Shown piece by piece: positions 23,980 through 33,958 of a DNA stretch of 35,023 bases. The position numbers were made by a program, and so were the translations under genes. The notes under the pieces were generated by a model. The model was not told where the DNA came from, made no database searches, and saw only the letters and a program-made list of their open reading frames with translations. Each line of letters starts with the position of its first letter. Within the stretch, counting starts at the first letter, position 1. The DNA is from a virus (lineage: Duplodnaviria; Caudoviricetes): positions 1 to 35,023 of IMG/VR virus record IMGVR_UViG_3300048609_000087; one strand, given 5' to 3'.

Positions 23980-26900
23980 TGGCGTTCGATGCCGGCGCCG
24001 TAATCGGCAGACTCGAGCTGGACATCGCGGGGTGGAAGAAGTCTGTCGAGACCGTCAAGAAGGACCAGACCAGCCTCTCCGGCCTGGTCATGCGGCATGA
24101 GAAGCAATTCAAGAGCTTCGGGAAGGCAATCGCGCTCGCCGGCGGCGCGGTCGTCGCCTCGTTCGGGGCGATGGTCATCAAGTCGGCGAACGCCGGGGAC
24201 GCGATCAACGACATGTCCCAGAGGACCGGCATCGCCACCGACATTCTGAGCGGGCATAAGCTCGCCCTTGACAAGAGTGGTTCGTCTCTCGAGGGTTTCG
24301 CCGTCGGGATGCGCGGGCTCTCGCGCGTGATGGACGACGCCAACAAGGGCGGCAAGGAAAGCCAGGAGGTATTCGCGGATCTTGGCGTCTCTTACGCAGA
24401 CAACGAGGGCAAGCTCCGGCCACTGAACGATGTCCTCCTGGACCTGGCTGATAGGTTTGCGCAGATGCCGGACGGCCCGGAGAAGGCGGCCCTTGCGATG
24501 AAGACCTTCGGCCGCTCCGGGATGGAGCTGATCCCCATGCTGAACATGGGCAAGCAGGGGCTCATCGATAACTACGAGGCCACGAAGAAACTCGGCGGCC
24601 TGTGGTCGAAGGAGGCGGCGCAGGCGGCGGACAACTTCAACGACTCCATCGCCGGGGTGAAGATGGCCGGCGCGGGCCTCGCGAAGGAGATCGGTTCGAT
24701 CCTCATGCCGGCGGTCCAGTCGCTGGTCGGGACCGTCACCGGGATCGCCGTCAGGGTCCGCGAGTGGGCCGCGGAGCACCCGGGGCTGGCCTCGGGCCTG
24801 GTCAAGACCGCCGCGGGGCTCGGCGTTATGGCCGCGGCCCTCGGGCCCGTGCTCATCGCCCTGCCGAGCCTGGTCAAGCACATCCAAATACTGAAAGCCA
24901 TGTCCGCGACGCCGATCATCATCACGATCATGATCGCGATCCCCGTCCTCTCGAAGGCGATCGCGGACTTCAACGCCGAGCTCCGCAACATGCGGGACTC
25001 GATGAAGGAATCGGATTCCTCCGGGTTCGTGGCCTTCATGGAGGGCGTCAACGCTGGCTGGCGGCGCGTGGCGCTCGGGATCAAGGCCTCGAACGTCGTC
25101 CTATCCGAGGCGAACGCCCTCGCGCGCCTCTATGCGCAGGAGTGCGGGCGCGGGATGAAGGACATCATCCTCCAGGAGATCCCGGCGCTCAGCTCCTGGG
25201 GCGCGCTTCTCCAGAAGTACGGCATCCAGACGACCGAGGAGAGCGCGAAGAAGATCGCCGACCTGAGGGACGAGCAGGCGAAGCTCAAGGACGCCCTGGA
25301 CGCCGGCAAGATCAGCCAGGCGTCCTACGCCGAGGCGATGAAGAAGAACAGCGAGGAGATCGGCCGGCTGACCGGCGCGCAGAAATCGCTCAAGGAGGAG
25401 CTCAGCCTGACCTTCGCCTCAGAAGTCGAGGCGCGCATCAGGAAGCTCAACGAGGCGATCGTCACCTATCGCGGGAAGCTCACGGCCGACGAGATCAAGC
25501 GGATCTACGAGGAGATCGGAACACTCGGAGAGAAGCTCAAAGGCTGGAAGCCGAGCGCCGAGGAGGCGGGCAAGGCCATAAACGCGATGATCGACGGCAT
25601 CTTCGCGAACCTCGAAGAGAACACGGGGCTGGGCGAGGCCGAATGGCAGGAGTTCTGCGACCAAATGCAGCTCGACTTCGAGAAGGCCGCGGAAAAGGAT
25701 ATCCCGGCCCACTTGCGGAACATCCCCGAGGTCTCGAAGCCGGCGGCCGAGGAGACGAAGTCCGTCTGGCAGGAGGTCTCGACGGTCATCGCCGACTCGA
25801 TGCGGAACATCGCCTCCGAGATCGTAGGCCTGGCCAATTTCAAGGGGCTCTTCGGCGCCACCCCGAAGGCCGTCAAGTTCGACAGCTCCTACTACGACCA
25901 GATGGTCGCCGCGGCCACGTCGGCCTATGACAAGGAGCGGTCCCTCATCGAGGCCAACGCCGACGCCAGGGTCGAGGCCGCGCGCAGGGCCTTCGACACC
26001 CAGGAGCTCCTGATCTCCCGGGCCGAGGAGGACGCGGACCGGAGGCTCGAGCGCCGGCAGGACGCCGAGGACCGGAAATACGAGGCCCAGTACGAGCGCG
26101 ACAAGAGGGCGATCGAGAACAGCAAGATGACGGAGGCCCAGAAGGAGGCCGCTCTTGACGCCCTGGAGCGGAAGTACGAGGCCGCAAAGCTCGCCCGCGA
26201 GATCGCCCGGGAGGACGCCAAGGTCGCCCGCGAGCGCGCCCGCGAGGACGCGAGGCTGGCCAGGGAGCTCGCGCACGAGAAGAAGCTCGAGGCCATTCGC
26301 GCCGCGACGCTGAAGAAGCTCTTCGACCTCCAGACCGCGCACCAGGCCCAGCTCGACGGGATCCGCGCGGCCGAGGACGCGGCCAGGCAGAAGCAGGCCG
26401 ACGACGAGGAGAAGCGCCAGAAAAGCCTCTGGTTCAAGGTCAAGGGGATCTTCGCGACGGCCGTCGAGCAGATGGCGACGATCTTCCTGACAAGGATGTT
26501 CGAGCCCGTCGGGAATCTCATCGGGGACCTCGCGGCGAAGCTCGTCGGGAAGGGGAAGGACACGGTCGCCGGGGCCCTGGACGGCGTCGGCGGCAAGGTC
26601 CAGAACCTCGGAACGACGATCGGGAACTTCATCGCGGGGATCGGCGCAGGAATCGGCGGCTTCATCTCGGGGCTGGCCACCGGGGTCGCCGCCGCCATCG
26701 TCTCGCTCTCCTCGGCCATCTCGAGCGCGATGGTCGCCCTGGCCACGGGGATCGCCTCGGCGGCCACGATCATCGCCGCCGCGGCGCCGGCCATCATCGT
26801 CACCTCGCTCCTGGGGATGGGCATCATGGCCGGCCTGAGCCTGCTCAAGAGGATCTTCTCGTCCGGGTCCGCTGGCGCGGGCGACGGCATGGGCCGCGTC

Positions 26901-27401
26901 GTCGAGCGCCAGGACGTCCAGACGGGCCTCCTCCGGATGATCCGGGAGACGCTCGAGGCGAACATCAAGCCGACGCTCTGGAAGATCTCGAGCAAGGAGG
27001 ACGTCCTGAAGACCGTCCTTTACGCCATCTCCCATAAGGCCGACACGATAAAGGACAAGATCGTCACGGCCGGCAACTACCTGAAAACCTGCGCCGGCTA
27101 CCTGAGGGAGATCGCGTCCGGGATCGCGAACCTCCCCCATGCGGCCGGAGGCGGCGTCTTCATGGAGCCGAGCCTCGTGAGCGTGGCCGAACGCAGGCCC
27201 GAGGTCATCGTTCCGCTAGATCAGTACCGGGCCGGCGGCGGCGCCGGGGCGCCGATCTACGTGACCATGCCGATCTATCTCGGCACGGAAAAAGTCGACC
27301 AGCGCATGTTCCGGATCGCAAACGACCGGGTCGAATGGCTCGACTCGCAGTATCAACACTCAAATCGGCACATCCCGCTTCGGTCGATCGGAGGCGGATG
27401 A
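23979..27401 (+). CDS. Tape measure protein
   Basis: 1140 aa, Ala/Gly-rich helical; DLADRFAQMPDGPEKAALAMKTFGRSGMELIPMLN; hydrophobic stretches; C-terminal AGGGVF...VAERRPEVIVPL. Confidence 0.93.
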   Translation: MAFDAGAVIGRLELDIAGWKKSVETVKKDQTSLSGLVMRHEKQFKSFGKAIALAGGAVVASFGAMVIKSANAGDAINDMSQRTGIATDILSGHKLALDKSGSSLEGFAVGMRGLSRVMDDANKGGKESQEVFADLGVSYADNEGKLRPLNDVLLDLADRFAQMPDGPEKAALAMKTFGRSGMELIPMLNMGKQGLIDNYEATKKLGGLWSKEAAQAADNFNDSIAGVKMAGAGLAKEIGSILMPAVQSLVGTVTGIAVRVREWAAEHPGLASGLVKTAAGLGVMAAALGPVLIALPSLVKHIQILKAMSATPIIITIMIAIPVLSKAIADFNAELRNMRDSMKESDSSGFVAFMEGVNAGWRRVALGIKASNVVLSEANALARLYAQECGRGMKDIILQEIPALSSWGALLQKYGIQTTEESAKKIADLRDEQAKLKDALDAGKISQASYAEAMKKNSEEIGRLTGAQKSLKEELSLTFASEVEARIRKLNEAIVTYRGKLTADEIKRIYEEIGTLGEKLKGWKPSAEEAGKAINAMIDGIFANLEENTGLGEAEWQEFCDQMQLDFEKAAEKDIPAHLRNIPEVSKPAAEETKSVWQEVSTVIADSMRNIASEIVGLANFKGLFGATPKAVKFDSSYYDQMVAAATSAYDKERSLIEANADARVEAARRAFDTQELLISRAEEDADRRLERRQDAEDRKYEAQYERDKRAIENSKMTEAQKEAALDALERKYEAAKLAREIAREDAKVARERAREDARLARELAHEKKLEAIRAATLKKLFDLQTAHQAQLDGIRAAEDAARQKQADDEEKRQKSLWFKVKGIFATAVEQMATIFLTRMFEPVGNLIGDLAAKLVGKGKDTVAGALDGVGGKVQNLGTTIGNFIAGIGAGIGGFISGLATGVAAAIVSLSSAISSAMVALATGIASAATIIAAAAPAIIVTSLLGMGIMAGLSLLKRIFSSGSAGAGDGMGRVVERQDVQTGLLRMIRETLEANIKPTLWKISSKEDVLKTVLYAISHKADTIKDKIVTAGNYLKTCAGYLREIASGIANLPHAAGGGVFMEPSLVSVAERRPEVIVPLDQYRAGGGAGAPIYVTMPIYLGTEKVDQRMFRIANDRVEWLDSQYQHSNRHIPLRSIGGG

Positions 27402-28180
27402 TGGCCACGAGAAGGCTACTCTTTTACTGGCAGAACTACTTCGACAGCGCGGTCATAACGGCATCCTCGGAGGACCCGGAATATCCTGTATCGAACCTCC
27501 AGAACCGGTGGGCGACGTTTGACTGGCATAGCGCGTCGACGGGAACGGCTGGCGAATGGCTCAAGGCGGACCTTGGGAGCGCGAAGGCCGTCAAGTCGTT
27601 CATTTTCGAGAACATGAACCTCGGGGTCGGGGCGACGGTGACGCTCGAGGCCAACGCCGCCGACGCATGGGGCGCGCCGGCATACTCGCTCGCGATCCCC
27701 GTGACCGCGGCGATGGTCGCCGCGAAAAGGATCGTTGTGACCCTTGCCGCCGAGCAGACCTACCAGTGGTGGAGGCTTAGCCTGGCGGACCCGGGGAACC
27801 CGGACGGCTACCTCTCCGGCTCCAGGATCTATCTCGGGCCATGCTTCGAGCCCGGGCTCCGATTTGGGCCGGCGCCGAAGCAGGGGAGGAGGAGCGGCTC
27901 CGAAGTCGGCTACTCGGGCGGCGGCCAGGCGACGGCGGTGAAGCGCCCGAAATACTGGGTCTACAGCCTGCCCATGACGATCCTGGGCCAGGCCGATGCG
28001 GACACCTTCGCGGACATCGACGACGAGTGCGGGATCGACACGCCCCTCTGGGTCTGCTTCGACTCTCTGGACGAGCCGACGAATACCGTCTACGTCCACT
28101 TCGAGGAGCACATCGAGTTCCCGGCCGTCATCGACGGCTCGCTATGGGAGACCGTCTTCAGCCTGAGGCAGGAGCTATGA
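27398..28180 (+). CDS. Distal tail-like protein with discoidin/galactose-binding-like domain
   Basis: ITASSE...PVSNLQ...W.S...EWLKADLG...YQWWRL pattern; first gene after the tape measure. Confidence 0.55.
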   Translation: MMATRRLLFYWQNYFDSAVITASSEDPEYPVSNLQNRWATFDWHSASTGTAGEWLKADLGSAKAVKSFIFENMNLGVGATVTLEANAADAWGAPAYSLAIPVTAAMVAAKRIVVTLAAEQTYQWWRLSLADPGNPDGYLSGSRIYLGPCFEPGLRFGPAPKQGRRSGSEVGYSGGGQATAVKRPKYWVYSLPMTILGQADADTFADIDDECGIDTPLWVCFDSLDEPTNTVYVHFEEHIEFPAVIDGSLWETVFSLRQEL

Positions 28181-28854
28181 CGTTCAACCCCTCGGCCACG
28201 AAGCAGGACCTCGTCTGGCTGGCCGAGATGGAGCCGGCCCGAAGGCTGGAGGGCCTCGCCTGGACCCAGGCCGGCGCGCCGAACACGAGTTGCTATTATG
28301 TCGCGCATCCGGAAGGCAAGCCTTCGCGCGTCAGGCAGTGCCTGAAATCGACGGGCGTCATCGTGACCTATGCGCCGGACGTAGCCAACCTGGCGGCCTG
28401 CCAGGCCGCGGCGTCCTCCTGGTACCGGGACGCCGCGAACTCCCGGCTCTACGTCCACGCGTCGACGGGCGCGGATCCGGGCGGCGGGCTCTTCCTCGTC
28501 AACTCTTACTTCTGGGAACGGATAGCGGACAGGAAGATCGACCTCGGCGGCCACCAGTACCGGCCGCTCCTCGACCCGTCGTCCATCCCCGACCTCTCCT
28601 TCGAGGCGACGCAGTTCTCGACCGGCGGGATCGTCCAGAGCTTCGGCCCCTTGAAGGTTCTAAACGACGGCTACTGGGACTCGAGGCTTGCGGCCTACGT
28701 CTACGAGGGGAAGCGCGTCATCATCAGATTCGGAAAGCCTACCGACGCTTATGCGGTTTATATCCCGTACTTCGACGGCTACATGGGCGGGAACGAGCGG
28801 ACGGACGGGACGGTCGTTTTTGAGACCGAGGATCCCCGGCGCTTCCAGGAGTAG
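28177..28854 (+). CDS. Tail tip/baseplate protein
   Basis: AGGAG RBS, ATGA overlap; SWYRDAANSRLYVH; tail synteny. Confidence 0.6.
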   Translation: MTFNPSATKQDLVWLAEMEPARRLEGLAWTQAGAPNTSCYYVAHPEGKPSRVRQCLKSTGVIVTYAPDVANLAACQAAASSWYRDAANSRLYVHASTGADPGGGLFLVNSYFWERIADRKIDLGGHQYRPLLDPSSIPDLSFEATQFSTGGIVQSFGPLKVLNDGYWDSRLAAYVYEGKRVIIRFGKPTDAYAVYIPYFDGYMGGNERTDGTVVFETEDPRRFQE

Positions 28855-28856
28855 CC

Positions 28857-30395
28857 ATGCTCTATACCAGGCTCCTCAAGGACCACTTCAACACGGTCAT
28901 CTATCCCAACCTCGAGCCGCGGGCCGACGGCGCGCCGATCCCCCTCGGCTATGGCGATATCCACGGGGCCATCCCGGTCTGCATCGATACGGCGCTTTTC
29001 AAATACAAGCATTTCGACCACGCGATGCACGCGCTCGACGCCGTAAGGAACGGGGACGAGACCCTGGTCCTGGGCTCCGACTACACGGTCGACCTCGCCC
29101 TCGCGGAGTTCACCCTCTGCTCCACCCCATACCTCGCGGCCAACACGACTTACTATTTCATCATCGAGGCCGATTATCCGATAAGCGGCGTCAACCACAT
29201 CTCGTTCAAGAAGTGCGCGACGGCCGGATATGCCGGCGGCCAGGCCTTCACGATCGACGGCGCCGGGATATGGACGCCCGTCCCGACCGTGGACCTCCTG
29301 TTCCGGGTCTACGGGAGGGCAAGCCTCAGCGCCCAGGATGTCAGGCAGGTCGACACCAGCCCCTACCTCAGAGGGTCCGGATTCGCGCTCAGGGACGCCG
29401 CCGCGCAGACGAGGATCGCCCAGTCCTTCACGACCGGGGCCTCGCCATTCTTCCTAACGAGCCTCCAGTTCTGGACGACGAAAAAGGGCAGCCCGCCGGC
29501 GTCGACCCTCCGCGCGACGATCGTCTCGGCCTACAATCCGGCCGAGATCCGAGTCGGCGCGCAATCCCTGATAACGGCCATAAACACCGAACTCACGTGG
29601 TGGAGCTTCAAGGCCTTCTTTCCGCTCCAATCCGACGTGTCCGACCTGGTCTGCGACCTCGAGGCCGCGGAGAAGGCCGGTGCGACGATCGTCGACGGCG
29701 CCGACATGGTCGAGCACTTGGTCGTGACCCGGCTCGGGAAGTCGGCCTTGATCCTCGACGCCGCGGCCCTGGCCAACTTCAAGGCGAAGCGGACGCACGC
29801 GATCGCTGCCTACATCGACTCCGCCGACGCGACCTTCGGGGACGTCGTCGGCAAGCTCGAGTCATCCCTGCTTTTCAAGTTCGCCCCGCTGCATGACGGG
29901 ACCTACGCGCCGACGGTCTACGAGGCCGGGGAGCCGGCCGGCACGCCGCACCTGCGCGATGAGCATTTCCTTTCTTTCTCCATGAGGCGCAACTTCTCGG
30001 CGGTCAAGAATATCGTCAAGGTGAAATACGACGAGAACCCGGAAAACAGCGAATTCAAGGTCGAGGACGCCGAATCCCACGTCGCCCGCTTCGTCTACGG
30101 AACGGAGGAGACGCTCGAGGTCGAGACTTATCATAAGACCCAGGCCGGCGCGGCGTGGCTGGCGGGCGAGCTGTCCGGCATGTACGAGACGCCGCCGCTC
30201 GAGATCAAGTTCGAGGTGCGGGGCTATGGGCTGAACCTGATCCCCGGACGTGACAAGGTGAAGGTCTCGCGCGCGCGGGCGGCCTACGCGGGCGGGACGA
30301 TAACCGGCGTCCTGTTTCGCATCGTCAAACTAACAAAGAAGCCCGCGACTGCATCGACGGAAATCATCGCCGTCCTGGACACGCAAACATATTGA
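28857..30395 (+). CDS. Tail tip / hub protein with inserted beta-sandwich
   Basis: PIPLGYG, DYTVDL, KNIVKVKY, LNLIPGRDKVKV typical of hub proteins; insertion at about aa 91-256. Confidence 0.65.
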   Translation: MLYTRLLKDHFNTVIYPNLEPRADGAPIPLGYGDIHGAIPVCIDTALFKYKHFDHAMHALDAVRNGDETLVLGSDYTVDLALAEFTLCSTPYLAANTTYYFIIEADYPISGVNHISFKKCATAGYAGGQAFTIDGAGIWTPVPTVDLLFRVYGRASLSAQDVRQVDTSPYLRGSGFALRDAAAQTRIAQSFTTGASPFFLTSLQFWTTKKGSPPASTLRATIVSAYNPAEIRVGAQSLITAINTELTWWSFKAFFPLQSDVSDLVCDLEAAEKAGATIVDGADMVEHLVVTRLGKSALILDAAALANFKAKRTHAIAAYIDSADATFGDVVGKLESSLLFKFAPLHDGTYAPTVYEAGEPAGTPHLRDEHFLSFSMRRNFSAVKNIVKVKYDENPENSEFKVEDAESHVARFVYGTEETLEVETYHKTQAGAAWLAGELSGMYETPPLEIKFEVRGYGLNLIPGRDKVKVSRARAAYAGGTITGVLFRIVKLTKKPATASTEIIAVLDTQTY

Positions 30396-30402
30396 TAGAG
30401 CC

Positions 30403-30864
30403 ATGAGCGTCGGAGAAAGGTTCGCAACACGGAACTTCGTCGAGGCCAGCCGGCGGAAGATCAAACTGAGCGGCGCGAAGGTCGTCCAACACGCGCCGGA
30501 CACCGAGGCGATCCTGGAGAATGATTGGGGCCGGATCATCGTCGAGGAAAAAACGGACGATTATTCGGTCGAAACGGACGACTTCGACAAGATGCTCCTT
30601 ATGAATGCGGCCGGGGCCAAGACGTTCACGCTTCCGGCGGTGACCGGGACGGAAATCGGCCTGCCCATAACGCTCGTCAAGCGCGGCGCAGGAAAGCTGA
30701 CCGTGCAGGCCGGAGGCGCCGACAGGATTCAGGACTCCAGCGCCGGCGGAACGCTTTATAACGACCTGGCCGAGGAGAGCTTCGCCCTCGTGAGGCTCCG
30801 CGTCATCGCGGCCGGGACGTGGATCATAGAGCAATTTACAGGCTCGGGATGGAGGACGTCATGA
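30403..30864 (+). CDS. Short tail-fibre-associated protein
   Basis: KTDDYSV...TFTLPA...G..ITLVKRGAGKLTV...GADRI...WII, a beta-domain pattern common in phage fibres. Confidence 0.55.
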   Translation: MSVGERFATRNFVEASRRKIKLSGAKVVQHAPDTEAILENDWGRIIVEEKTDDYSVETDDFDKMLLMNAAGAKTFTLPAVTGTEIGLPITLVKRGAGKLTVQAGGADRIQDSSAGGTLYNDLAEESFALVRLRVIAAGTWIIEQFTGSGWRTS

Positions 30865-31100
30865 AAATCGAAATCGGATTGAAGGACGCCATCGTCTTCG
30901 CGTTCATCATCATCCTAGCGGTGACGATGTTCGTCAGGCTCGCCAAGATCGAGGCTATGATGCAGACGACGGCGCTGGTCAAGGCGGTGAACGATCAGGG
31001 GGCGGCGATCCAGCAGATCGTCACGTTCCTAAACGGGAAACCCTGGATAGTTCCGCCTGCAAAGGGGCTTGACCTCGTGGAGACCCCGAAACCCAAATAG
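30861..31100 (+). CDS. Small single-pass membrane protein
   Basis: GGAGG RBS, ATGA overlap; AIVFAFIIILAVTMFV. Confidence 0.65.
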   Translation: MKIEIGLKDAIVFAFIIILAVTMFVRLAKIEAMMQTTALVKAVNDQGAAIQQIVTFLNGKPWIVPPAKGLDLVETPKPK

Positions 31101-31110
31101 GAGGTAGGCC

Positions 31111-33945
31111 ATGAAAAAACGATTCGCCGCCGCGGCGGTCGCGGCATTTATAGCGGTTGTGTTTCTTTTCGCCCAGGGCCCGGTCCAGAAGGTCCGGCTT
31201 TGGGATACGGACCTCAGCCATTCGCTGCTTTTCCAATGGAACGAGAACGACAATGCGGCCCGGACGCTCAACTTTCTTGTGGCCGCGGGCACACGCTCGT
31301 TCACGATATCGGGAGACAGCTACATCGACCAGGACGTCAGGATCGCGGCGACGCCGACGCACGCCGGGCTCTACCTGGAATCGTCCACGGCGGCCCCGTT
31401 CCTGAAGATGACGAACGAGAGCGACACGGAGCGCGACCCTATCATCCAATTCGCCGTCGGCGCGCCGCCCGTCACGAAGTGGACGATGGGCCTGGACGAC
31501 AGCAACGATAATAAATGGAAGCTGGCTGTCGGGGATAAATTCGGAGAAGATTACGACACGATTGTGGTTTCAGCCGGGGAGGGTTCGACGCCCCCCATCG
31601 CAGAATTCACCCTAATAGATTCTTTTACGACCGGGACCTACCTTCCACGCGGAGTATGCGCAGACGCAAATTATATTTATTATAGTTTCCAAGATCAATT
31701 AGTCAAGATCGACAAAACCACCGGAGCGGAACTGGCGATATCGGAGGCTGTTCCCCTCAACACGTACAATATGTATTCCTGCGTCACCGACGGGACTTAT
31801 GTTTATGTTGCCTGTCGTGGGACGAGCAGGGTTAGAAAATATTTCTGTTCCGACCTGACCTATGATTCTACATCAGAGTATTGGAGCGCCTATTTCACGG
31901 GCATGGGTTATTATTCCGGTTATCTCTATGTCACGAGTTATGACGAAGACAACGTCCGAAAAATCCGTTGCTCTGATATGGTTACGCAATGGACGACTGC
32001 GTTCACGGTGGGTGCGGGCGATAATCAAGTGGATGATCCGTATGGGATTGCGGCAGACAATCAATATGTTTATGTGCAAGACCTAGGTAACGATAGGATT
32101 GTTCGGCTCAATGCGAGCGACGGGTCGTGGGTTGATGCTACAGCCGTGGCGCAGACCTTCCATCCTAATAGCTGGGCCATGTGGTGTGCCGGGGATTATC
32201 TTTATAATACCGCGCCTTATGCCGTAAATGACTGTAAGGTAGAGAAGCGGAATAAGGCCGATCTCAGCATATCCGAGACCTTCGAAATGGCCACGGATTA
32301 TGCTAAACAGGGATGGCAGCGGGACGATTATCATCACGTGGTAGATGGCGTAGCTAAGTATGTTTATAAGTATCAATATGTTTCTTTTGGGGGAGCCGGT
32401 AATTCACATATTCAATTCAGGTTAGAAAGCGCATATGGACAATTTAACGACATAGCAATCTTAACAGATGAAATAAGATTCGGCGTCGGCACGACGATCC
32501 CCTCCGAGACTATCGAAGCCGTCGGCAATATCAGGGCGACGGCCGGGCAGTTCATCAGCACAAAGGCGACGGGGACGGCCCCGGTTGTCGTGTCCTCGAC
32601 GACTGTCTGCCCGAACCTGAACGCTGGTCTTTGGGATAATTATCACCTCCCGGCGCTCGCCGTAGGCGATATGATCTATGGCGACGGGACGGCGACCGTG
32701 GCGAAACTGGCGGACGTGGCGGCCGGATCGTATCTTCGGAGCGGCGGCGTCACGACGGCGCCCCTCTGGTCAACGCTGATATTGCCCAACGCGGCGACGG
32801 CCTATAGATTGCCGGTAGCGACTTCGGCGAACACAATCGGCGAACTCGCGGCTGTCGGGGCCACCGGACAATATCTCGCCGGGGTTACGGGCGCGATTCC
32901 TACATGGGCGGATATATCAGCCTTTGAACCCGCCCTCGGAAATCCAGCCACCACGGGTTTTGTCTTGTCCTCGACGGATGCGGGAGTTAGGTCATGGATT
33001 GAGATGACGGGGGGAGTTGAAAGTTTCGTTGACCTGGATGACGCCCCGGCTAATTATACCGATGCCGGTGGGTTTTTCGTTAAGGTTAATGCCACGGAAA
33101 ATGGACTGGAATTTATAGAATCTTCCGTAGCAAACCATGATTTGACCAGCGCATCGCATCCCGACGTAAACGCCGCCGCCCCGAATGATGACGATATTCT
33201 GCGATATGATACCGCTTCGGGCAAGTGGCTGAACGAGGCGCTCCCCGCCGCCGGAAGCCACGATCTTCTTTCTGCTACTCATGTTGACACAACGGCGTCC
33301 GCAGTAGTGCGGGGGGACGTGATCATCGGTTCCGGAGCGACCCCAAAATGGACGGCTCTAGCCAAAGCAACCGCCGGATATGTTTTGACGATGGGGGCCG
33401 ACGAACCCGAGTGGGCGGCGGCCGGTGCCGATCTTTATGGTAAACAATCATCGGCTGTTCTCGTAAATAACACCGACCAAGAAACCACTATATTTACTCA
33501 AGTGGTTGCCGCCAACGATTTAGGGTCATCCGGATTTTTGAGATGCACAATGTTCTGCAAGGCTTTAAACAATAGCGGGGCAAATAAAACGTTGACGCTT
33601 AGTATTAAATTCGGCGCAACAACCCTTTGGGCCGATGTGTCAACTAACTATATCGTAAGTGCCGTAGAAAGACCAGTACATCTAACTTTTTGTTTGGCAA
33701 ATCAAGGAGCAACGAACGTCCAGGTCTTAACTGGACTCGTAATGCTTTCAACGACCTATCTTGCTACCACGGGTCTTGGCGATCTGGCGACTGCTACCAT
33801 CACCGCAAATTGCCCCATATATGGTGCGGCCTGTGCTGAAGATACGACAGCGAGTAAGGATTTGGTGGTGACCGCAAAATGGAGCGCGGCCGGTGCAAAC
33901 ACTACGTTTACATGCGCCTATGTGGCCGTAGAGAAATATAATTAA
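31111..33945 (+). CDS. Tail-fibre-like mosaic protein with N-terminal signal peptide and beta-propeller
   Basis: TAGGAGGT RBS; MKKRFAAAAVAAFIAVVFLFA-Q; repeated blades (GVCADANYIY, CVTDGTYVYV, PYGIAADNQYVYV); fibre repeats (GDMIYGDG, GDVIIGSG, GYVLT...PEW). Confidence 0.7.
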   Translation: MKKRFAAAAVAAFIAVVFLFAQGPVQKVRLWDTDLSHSLLFQWNENDNAARTLNFLVAAGTRSFTISGDSYIDQDVRIAATPTHAGLYLESSTAAPFLKMTNESDTERDPIIQFAVGAPPVTKWTMGLDDSNDNKWKLAVGDKFGEDYDTIVVSAGEGSTPPIAEFTLIDSFTTGTYLPRGVCADANYIYYSFQDQLVKIDKTTGAELAISEAVPLNTYNMYSCVTDGTYVYVACRGTSRVRKYFCSDLTYDSTSEYWSAYFTGMGYYSGYLYVTSYDEDNVRKIRCSDMVTQWTTAFTVGAGDNQVDDPYGIAADNQYVYVQDLGNDRIVRLNASDGSWVDATAVAQTFHPNSWAMWCAGDYLYNTAPYAVNDCKVEKRNKADLSISETFEMATDYAKQGWQRDDYHHVVDGVAKYVYKYQYVSFGGAGNSHIQFRLESAYGQFNDIAILTDEIRFGVGTTIPSETIEAVGNIRATAGQFISTKATGTAPVVVSSTTVCPNLNAGLWDNYHLPALAVGDMIYGDGTATVAKLADVAAGSYLRSGGVTTAPLWSTLILPNAATAYRLPVATSANTIGELAAVGATGQYLAGVTGAIPTWADISAFEPALGNPATTGFVLSSTDAGVRSWIEMTGGVESFVDLDDAPANYTDAGGFFVKVNATENGLEFIESSVANHDLTSASHPDVNAAAPNDDDILRYDTASGKWLNEALPAAGSHDLLSATHVDTTASAVVRGDVIIGSGATPKWTALAKATAGYVLTMGADEPEWAAAGADLYGKQSSAVLVNNTDQETTIFTQVVAANDLGSSGFLRCTMFCKALNNSGANKTLTLSIKFGATTLWADVSTNYIVSAVERPVHLTFCLANQGATNVQVLTGLVMLSTTYLATTGLGDLATATITANCPIYGAACAEDTTASKDLVVTAKWSAAGANTTFTCAYVAVEKYN

Positions 33946-33958
33946 GGAGAACCATCTG

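Noticed and set aside
25419-27140. 573-aa and 356-aa minus-strand ORFs, plus similar long antisense ORFs (4708-5709, 15768-16853, 17387-18361, 23580-24887)
   Set aside because: Each mirrors a well-supported + strand gene; the translations have shadow-like composition and no motifs
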